DNA of 64,000 nucleotides from an uncultured Candidatus Marinamargulisbacteria bacterium (GTDB lineage Bacteria; Margulisbacteria; Marinamargulisbacteria; SXXA01; JAHFDB01): NCBI GenBank assembly GCA_964517775.1, contig CAZFCP010000008.1, positions 23,369 to 87,368 of the forward strand, read 5' to 3'. Shown piece by piece: positions 58,542 to 64,000 of this stretch (position 1 is its first letter; each line of letters starts with the position of its first letter). The notes under the pieces were generated by a model. It saw only the letters and a program-made list of their open reading frames with translations, ran no database searches and was not told where the DNA came from. The position numbers and the translations under genes were made by a program.

Positions 58542-59418
58542 TCCTTTAATTATTGACGGAACCGTTGTAGCCGGCGAGATCAAATCCCGGTTAAAAGAGC
58601 AATGCGCGGCATGGACAGCTGCCGGGAAAAGACGCCCGGGGTTGGCCGTTATTCTGGTGGGTGATAACCCGGCGTCACAGGCCTATGTCGGGATGAAGAA
58701 AAAAGCCTGCGACGAAGTGGGTCTTAATTCTTTCGAATATCTCCTCCGCCCCGAAGATGGCGAAGCGGCTCTTATTGACCGTATTCAAGCTCTAAATAAT
58801 GATCCAAATATTGACGGTATTCTGCTTCAATTGCCACTGCCAAAAGGATTTGACGAGTCTAAATGTCTGCAACTTATTGCGCCTGAAAAAGATGTGGATG
58901 GTTTTCATCCTGTGAACGTTGGCAAACTGCTTATCGGACTTCCGGCGTTTAAGTCCTGTACACCTTTTGGGGTTTGTAAATTATTGGAGTATTATGGGAT
59001 TTCAGTTTCAGGAAAACATGTTGTGATTGTTGGACGCAGCAATATTGTAGGCAAACCTCTTGCAGCAATGTTAATGCAAAAAGGTGAGGGTGCTGCAAAT
59101 GCAACGGTCACTGTCTGTCATTCTCAATCCGAAAATCTGGAAGATCATATGCGCAGTGCCGATATTCTTATTGCTGCAATTGGAAAACCGTTTTTTGTAA
59201 AACCGGAGATGGTAAAACAAGGCGCGGTAGTTATTGATGTAGGCATTAATCGTATCGAGACAGAAACCGGAAAAAAACTGGTGGGGGATGTTGATTTTCA
59301 GGCTGTTTTTCCAAAAACCTCAGCCATTACACCTGTTCCGAAAGGGGTAGGCCCCATGACAATTGCGATGTTATTATCCAATACGGTAGAGGCTTATCAG
59401 TATCATTCCTCTTTATGA
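58534..59418 (+). CDS. folD: Methylenetetrahydrofolate dehydrogenase/cyclohydrolase
   Basis: GILLQLPLP, KDVDGFHPVN, GRSNIVGKP, VIDVGIN, PVPKGVGPMT. Confidence 0.97.
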   Translation: MNSPLIIDGTVVAGEIKSRLKEQCAAWTAAGKRRPGLAVILVGDNPASQAYVGMKKKACDEVGLNSFEYLLRPEDGEAALIDRIQALNNDPNIDGILLQLPLPKGFDESKCLQLIAPEKDVDGFHPVNVGKLLIGLPAFKSCTPFGVCKLLEYYGISVSGKHVVIVGRSNIVGKPLAAMLMQKGEGAANATVTVCHSQSENLEDHMRSADILIAAIGKPFFVKPEMVKQGAVVIDVGINRIETETGKKLVGDVDFQAVFPKTSAITPVPKGVGPMTIAMLLSNTVEAYQYHSSL

Positions 59419-60986
59419 GTATTTCATCATCTGTAAACCCGTCCTTTCTCCCGCCTCGGCCAAATTTTGATCAGGTAAAAAAAACAGTTGATCAGGAGCT
59501 AAACGGGGAAAAAAAAGCCGTAAAGCCTGTGGAATCGAATACGGCGGCATCAGCTTCGGCCTCAACAGATGTACCTCAGGCCGCTCCCGACAGCATCCTG
59601 ACCTCCTTGTTGTTTCAGGCTACTGAAAAAATTCAAAGCCCTGAACAACTCGAGCGCCTCTCCGAATTTTTAGCCGCCAAACGAAGCGATGACCCCGCTG
59701 TTCGCGCCAGTATTTTAACCCAGTTCACTCCAGATCAGCTTGGCCAGGACGTATGGTTGATTGGCCTCGTTGGTGTTGTATACGATAAAGTAAATAACGA
59801 CCCTATTTTGCTTCAGCACGTCATTAATCAGTTAATGTCCTATGCCACGGAATATTCCGAACCTTTTCTTTTATTTTCCGTACTTCGGGCTATTTCTGAC
59901 CGCTTTCCGGATTTGCCTCCCAGAGTCCTTCAGGATGTGGCCCAGCTTCTCCAAAAAGGAAACTTCCTCCACGAAGAGTCTCCAGAAATGGTGCGTAACG
60001 AGGCGTTGCGTTTAGCCCAGCGGCTGGCGGATCAGGGAATTTCTGTGGCGGCTCCAGTAGTCGAAGTTCCAGAAGCGGCTCCTTTGCCTTTACCTCAGCG
60101 TCTGGCATTAATGGCTTTGGCACAGCGCGCACTGACAACCTTTGTTGAAGAAAAAGAATTTAGCAATATGGCCCTGCTTTATGCCGCTTTGATGAACGTG
60201 GGTGAAATGTCTATGGGCCTGGAAGGCGAGCTTAGGCCTACTTTATACGAGGAAGTTGGCATTGTAACCGATTCATCAGCCTGCATTCCAACGGAGTTGA
60301 TGGGCATGTTTGCCATTCAGGTTGTGCCGGCTCATTCCGACGATCTGGCAAAGGCTTTTGAAGAAAAAATCATGACCTTATTTAAATACAGATATAAACA
60401 CTGCCTGGTTCTGGTTCCTCACCGTGACTATTCTCCGTCATTTGATGCCGTTGAATCTGCAAAATCTGAATTAAAGCGTCCCATAACCGTTATTGATACA
60501 CGCATGGTTGGCTCCTGTTTAGGGTTTTTAATCGAACATCTGGCGGATGTATTATACAAAACCGGAACCCGAAAAAATACGAAATTTATGATCCAGAATG
60601 CCATTAACCACCTCAGATCCTGGGTTGTTCCTCAATTACCGGCTGTGGCCAGACAGCCCTGGTTTAAACGACTGCCGAAACGGTCTCCGCTTCGGAACGA
60701 TCTTCATCCTGTTTTGGCTCTGTACGAAGAACCGTTTGTGCTACATTCTGTTAAACACCTGGAAGAAGCAGCCGAACTGCTACTGCAAAAAGCTCTGGAA
60801 GTTCTGGCTCAGCCTCATCATAATTATCGGTATGTTCTGGTCGAATACAAAACGCATTATACAATTGGGTTACAACTGTTACAGTCCATGCAGGAAAAAC
60901 ACCCGTCTTTGGATATTGTATTGCGTCAGGCTCCTGACACGGTTGAAAAGCTGTGGGGCGACCATTTTAGTCTAACCCTCATTTAA
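59415..60986 (+). CDS. Unknown N-terminal domain fused to a degenerate DegV-like domain
   Basis: From about residue 281: VGIVTDSSACIP...IQVVP and ITVIDTRMVGSCLG resemble the DegV N-domain. Confidence 0.7.
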   Translation: MSISSSVNPSFLPPRPNFDQVKKTVDQELNGEKKAVKPVESNTAASASASTDVPQAAPDSILTSLLFQATEKIQSPEQLERLSEFLAAKRSDDPAVRASILTQFTPDQLGQDVWLIGLVGVVYDKVNNDPILLQHVINQLMSYATEYSEPFLLFSVLRAISDRFPDLPPRVLQDVAQLLQKGNFLHEESPEMVRNEALRLAQRLADQGISVAAPVVEVPEAAPLPLPQRLALMALAQRALTTFVEEKEFSNMALLYAALMNVGEMSMGLEGELRPTLYEEVGIVTDSSACIPTELMGMFAIQVVPAHSDDLAKAFEEKIMTLFKYRYKHCLVLVPHRDYSPSFDAVESAKSELKRPITVIDTRMVGSCLGFLIEHLADVLYKTGTRKNTKFMIQNAINHLRSWVVPQLPAVARQPWFKRLPKRSPLRNDLHPVLALYEEPFVLHSVKHLEEAAELLLQKALEVLAQPHHNYRYVLVEYKTHYTIGLQLLQSMQEKHPSLDIVLRQAPDTVEKLWGDHFSLTLI

Positions 60987-61010
60987 AATCAGATGCCTCT
61001 AAAAGATGCT

Positions 61011-61937
61011 CTAGTCGTCTTTAAGCTGTGCTGTGATTTTGAAGTGAGTCTTAGCGACTAAAGCCAGATTTTGTTCTCCATAGCGTTTTACGAAGGCTTT
61101 GGCGGCCCTTACGGTTTCAACCGAGCATCCTTTTGGAAAAGGCATGCCGAATGCGGTTTCAAGTTTGCGTATGGCATTCACAAATCCGTTTCTGGCCAAA
61201 ATACTGGCTGCAGCCACCGCAATATGACTTTCGGCCTTTGGCTGCTGAAACAGTTTAACCTGCTGCCCTTTTTGCATCAGCGCATTTTGAACCAGAGCAG
61301 GATTCCCAAACTGATCGGATAAAGCAAACTCGCAATCCACCTGTTTTAAGACATTTTCCAGAACTCTGGCGTGCCCCCAGGCAAGAATGTGGTTTAGATT
61401 TTTAATTTTTTCATAAATATCGTTGTAGCTTTGATTTCCCATAATTACTAATGAATGGGCGCAATGTTTTTTTATCTCAGGTGAAATCTCTTCGATATAG
61501 TTGTCGGATAAATCCTTACTATCCATGACGCCAAGTTGTTTCAAAAATCGTTTGCTTTTCGGTGTTACATGAACAGCGGCCACCACAAGAGGCCCAAAAT
61601 AATCGCCTTTTCCAGACTCGTCAATCCCAATAATGGTATCAATTGTACTTAAATCGTCGGTGCTTGTTTTTTTCTGGGAAAAATCAAAGGGAACCAGAGG
61701 AGCCGGCTGTGGCGTATCCAAAAGATCCCGAATTTCAGGAACCAGGTCTTTATCTACCTGTGATAAATCCCACTTTAACCCTTTTTTACTTTGATACAGC
61801 CTGATAACCCCATTTTTTTTCTGAAAAAACACCAGAAACTGGATGCCATACTGAATGTCCCGGTACGGATTTACAACAAATCCAGCCGATTGGAGTTTCT
61901 TTTTTGTATCTTCATAAAGTGTAAGTAAGTCAGCCAT
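61011..61937 (-). CDS. rnhC: Ribonuclease HIII
   Basis: N-terminal TBP-like extension, IGIDESGKGDYFGP, DSK, DQF, VAAASILAR; start chosen at ATG 61937. Confidence 0.92.
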   Translation of the reverse strand: MADLLTLYEDTKKKLQSAGFVVNPYRDIQYGIQFLVFFQKKNGVIRLYQSKKGLKWDLSQVDKDLVPEIRDLLDTPQPAPLVPFDFSQKKTSTDDLSTIDTIIGIDESGKGDYFGPLVVAAVHVTPKSKRFLKQLGVMDSKDLSDNYIEEISPEIKKHCAHSLVIMGNQSYNDIYEKIKNLNHILAWGHARVLENVLKQVDCEFALSDQFGNPALVQNALMQKGQQVKLFQQPKAESHIAVAAASILARNGFVNAIRKLETAFGMPFPKGCSVETVRAAKAFVKRYGEQNLALVAKTHFKITAQLKDD

Positions 61938-62087
61938 GTGGGCACCTATCATATCAAGGAAACGAAAAAACATCATTACTTTCCAAAACATCATGTCATA
62001 AAGCAACATTATGTTGTGAGAGGGTTGAAAAAGATTGTATTAAATGAAAAAATATAGATCTCGTTTATTTTTAAGGAGCCTTTAGGT

Positions 62088-63110
62088 ATGGTAAAAAAGA
62101 ATCAAAAACCTATTAAAGTTTTACAAGTTGGATTAGGTCCAATTGGGGTACAATCCACCTTATTATTAGTGGATCGTCCGTCCGTAAAACTTGTGGGTGC
62201 CGTAGATATAGACTCGTATAAATATGGAAAAGATTTAGGTGTCATTGCAGGCTTGAAAAACAAGCTTCAGGCTCCTGTTAAGCAGGATATGGGTTACTTT
62301 TTTGAGACAAAATCAAAAACCCCGGATATTGCTTTAGTGACCACCGTATCCAGCATTGAAAAAAATATGGATCTTTTTATATCCATCATGGAAAAAGGCG
62401 TCAATGTGTTGTCTTCTTGTGAAGAATTGGTGTATCCATGGGTCACACAACCCAAACTGGCCGAAAAACTGGATGCCTGTGCAAAAGCCAACGGCGTTTC
62501 GATTTTAGGAACCGGCGTAAACCCAGGCTTCTTAATGGACTTCTTCCCCATGGCCATGACAGCCGTTACCGATCAGGTTAATAAAATTGTTGTAGAACGT
62601 ATTCAGGATGCTCAGTTCAGACGCCGTCCTTTTCAGAAAAAAATAGGAATGGGTCTAAGCCGCGAGGACTTTTTTGCAAAAGTAAAAGAAGGCGCCCTTC
62701 GTCATGTTGGCCTTATCGAATCCATGCACATGCTGGCCGATTGCCTAGGCTGGACTTTGGATAAAACCGAAGATGTTATTGAACCTGTTATAGCCTCCAA
62801 ACAGGTCTTTTTTGGCGATATTTTCATTGCAAAAGGTGATATCCTTGGTGTGAATCAAACGGGTAGGGGATTTGTGGGCAAAGAAGAGGTTATACGCCTG
62901 TTGTTCAGAGCCACTATCGGAGAGCCTGATCCACGTGATAAAGTGAAAATATTTGGTAAAAATACGCCAATGGAAATAGAGATTAAAGGTGGATTAAACG
63001 GCGATACTGCGACCTGTTCGATCTTGGTTAATGCCGTGCCTTTTGTGGTAAATGCTACCCCAGGATTAAGAACCATGGCCGATATTCAGCCTATTTCCTG
63101 GCGGAAGTAA
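62088..63110 (+). CDS. DapB-like NAD(P)H-dependent amine dehydrogenase (Ord-like)
   Basis: VGLGPIG, SSCEEL, GTGVNPGF, GDTATCSILVNAVP. Confidence 0.82.
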   Translation: MVKKNQKPIKVLQVGLGPIGVQSTLLLVDRPSVKLVGAVDIDSYKYGKDLGVIAGLKNKLQAPVKQDMGYFFETKSKTPDIALVTTVSSIEKNMDLFISIMEKGVNVLSSCEELVYPWVTQPKLAEKLDACAKANGVSILGTGVNPGFLMDFFPMAMTAVTDQVNKIVVERIQDAQFRRRPFQKKIGMGLSREDFFAKVKEGALRHVGLIESMHMLADCLGWTLDKTEDVIEPVIASKQVFFGDIFIAKGDILGVNQTGRGFVGKEEVIRLLFRATIGEPDPRDKVKIFGKNTPMEIEIKGGLNGDTATCSILVNAVPFVVNATPGLRTMADIQPISWRK

Positions 63111-63130
63111 AAATCAAAAAAGACCTTTTT

Positions 63131-63157
63131 GCAATTTTTGATACATTTTTCCGATAC
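63131..63157 (+). promoter_or_regulatory. Candidate sigma28-like promoter upstream of ORF 63193
   Basis: GCAATTTT-N11-TCCGATAC (11/16 to consensus); GAGGAG RBS follows. Confidence 0.35.
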
Positions 63158-63192
63158 TAAGGTAGTTAAGCTTTATTTTAGAGGAGATTCCT

Positions 63193-63831
63193 ATGTCTTA
63201 TGGTTCTGGTGCTATTCCCCCTCAATCTCATGCTCAATCTTCTAGTCGGCAAAAACCTGCTCACAGTCGTCATAAATCTCATAATTCTTCTGCTGTACAA
63301 TTACAAGAAAGAACAGGGGCTTCCCTGCATTCAAGACCAGTAGCCGCTCCTCTGACTGTTAATAGGCTTAGTGATCAAGACGTAAGAGCTTTGTATCGAC
63401 AATTCAATCCTGTATTGCCACAGTCTCATGTTCATATAATTGATTTATCGATTGTTGGTGATTTTGGAAAAAGAAGCAGTTTTGTTGCTTTTAAGCGGTC
63501 AGATGGTTTATATCAGTGTTATCAAATATCAACAAACGGTCAGACGACGAGTGTTGAAAATTGGGGTACACACGCAAGAAATGCTGTTCCAAAAGGTACT
63601 GATACACTTGGAACCACAGTTCGGTTTGCTTTTTTAGAGCCTCAACATCCTGTATCGGTAAAGGTAACAGGTGTTGCTGGTCAAGTTCACAGTTCTATAT
63701 TAAAATTTTCCGAAAGTTCTTGGTTGCGCGGCTTATTAACGTTTCGAAGTCTGGATTTTGTAACAAAAGATACCCCATCTTATGATGGGGCTGCGATGAA
63801 GAGGTTTGCTGAACAGTTTAAGCGCGCTTAA
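63193..63831 (+). CDS. Orphan hypothetical protein with disordered S/H/Q-rich N-terminus
   Basis: Strong GAGGAG RBS, 212 codons, no family recognised. Confidence 0.75.
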   Translation: MSYGSGAIPPQSHAQSSSRQKPAHSRHKSHNSSAVQLQERTGASLHSRPVAAPLTVNRLSDQDVRALYRQFNPVLPQSHVHIIDLSIVGDFGKRSSFVAFKRSDGLYQCYQISTNGQTTSVENWGTHARNAVPKGTDTLGTTVRFAFLEPQHPVSVKVTGVAGQVHSSILKFSESSWLRGLLTFRSLDFVTKDTPSYDGAAMKRFAEQFKRA

Positions 63832-63842
63832 ATTTTTTTTGA

Positions 63843-63872
63843 TTTTCCCCGGTGTTTATTTCCCGGGGAATC
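63843..63872. terminator. Hairpin between convergent genes, possible intrinsic terminator
   Basis: TTCCCCGG (63845-63852) / CCGGGGAA (63863-63870) stem with a T-rich tract shortly after on +. Confidence 0.55.
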
Positions 63873-63882
63873 TGTTTTTCTT

Positions 63883-64000
63883 CTATTTCCCTGAATATAC
63901 ATGCACAGAGTGTCCATAGAACACTTCTGCAGCTTCCATAACGGTTTCGTTAAGGGTAGGGTGAGGGTGGATAATCTCCGCCAAATCTTTGGCAGTTGCG
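63883..64000 (-). CDS. lpdA: Dihydrolipoyl dehydrogenase, 3' end (partial)
   Basis: The minus strand translates to ATAKDLAEIIHPHPTLNETVMEAAEVFYGHSVHVYSGK-stop; HPHPT(L)xE motif. Confidence 0.85.
   Translation of the reverse strand, partial: ATAKDLAEIIHPHPTLNETVMEAAEVFYGHSVHVYSGK

Overview
64 kb of a bacterial chromosome: diderm (TolC/RND present), moderately AT-rich, standard code. The mix of DUF5693, RNase HIII, dimeric dUTPase, short SecA and degenerate DegV/FdhD suggests a Cyanobacteria-sister lineage such as Margulisbacteria; this is an inference and was not verified. Housekeeping genes: ileS, purB, secA-prfB (+1 frameshift), rnc, folD, rnhC, metR/metE, uup, tRNA-Cys, lpdA 3' end. Accessory content: (1) a czcC-czcA efflux pair with no adaptor gene, plus rcnA; (2) four orphan, eukaryote-effector-like ORFs, including a 2816-aa protein with a His/Asn/Gln/Cys protease-like module and a degenerate SF2 P-loop; three of them share a sigma28-like upstream motif; (3) a GtrA/GT2/GT-C glycosylation locus with a membrane glycosyltransferase fused to a phosphoribulokinase-like domain; (4) a CDP-3,6-dideoxyhexose plus Galf locus; (5) at least three palindromic repeat families. 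Two of these families form a nested ~240 bp element present twice (9553-9786 and 27175-27425, inverted). Its inner arms are the same repeats that flank a GIY-YIG nuclease gene at 41036-41409. No CRISPR array, rRNA, integrase or DDE transposase was seen.
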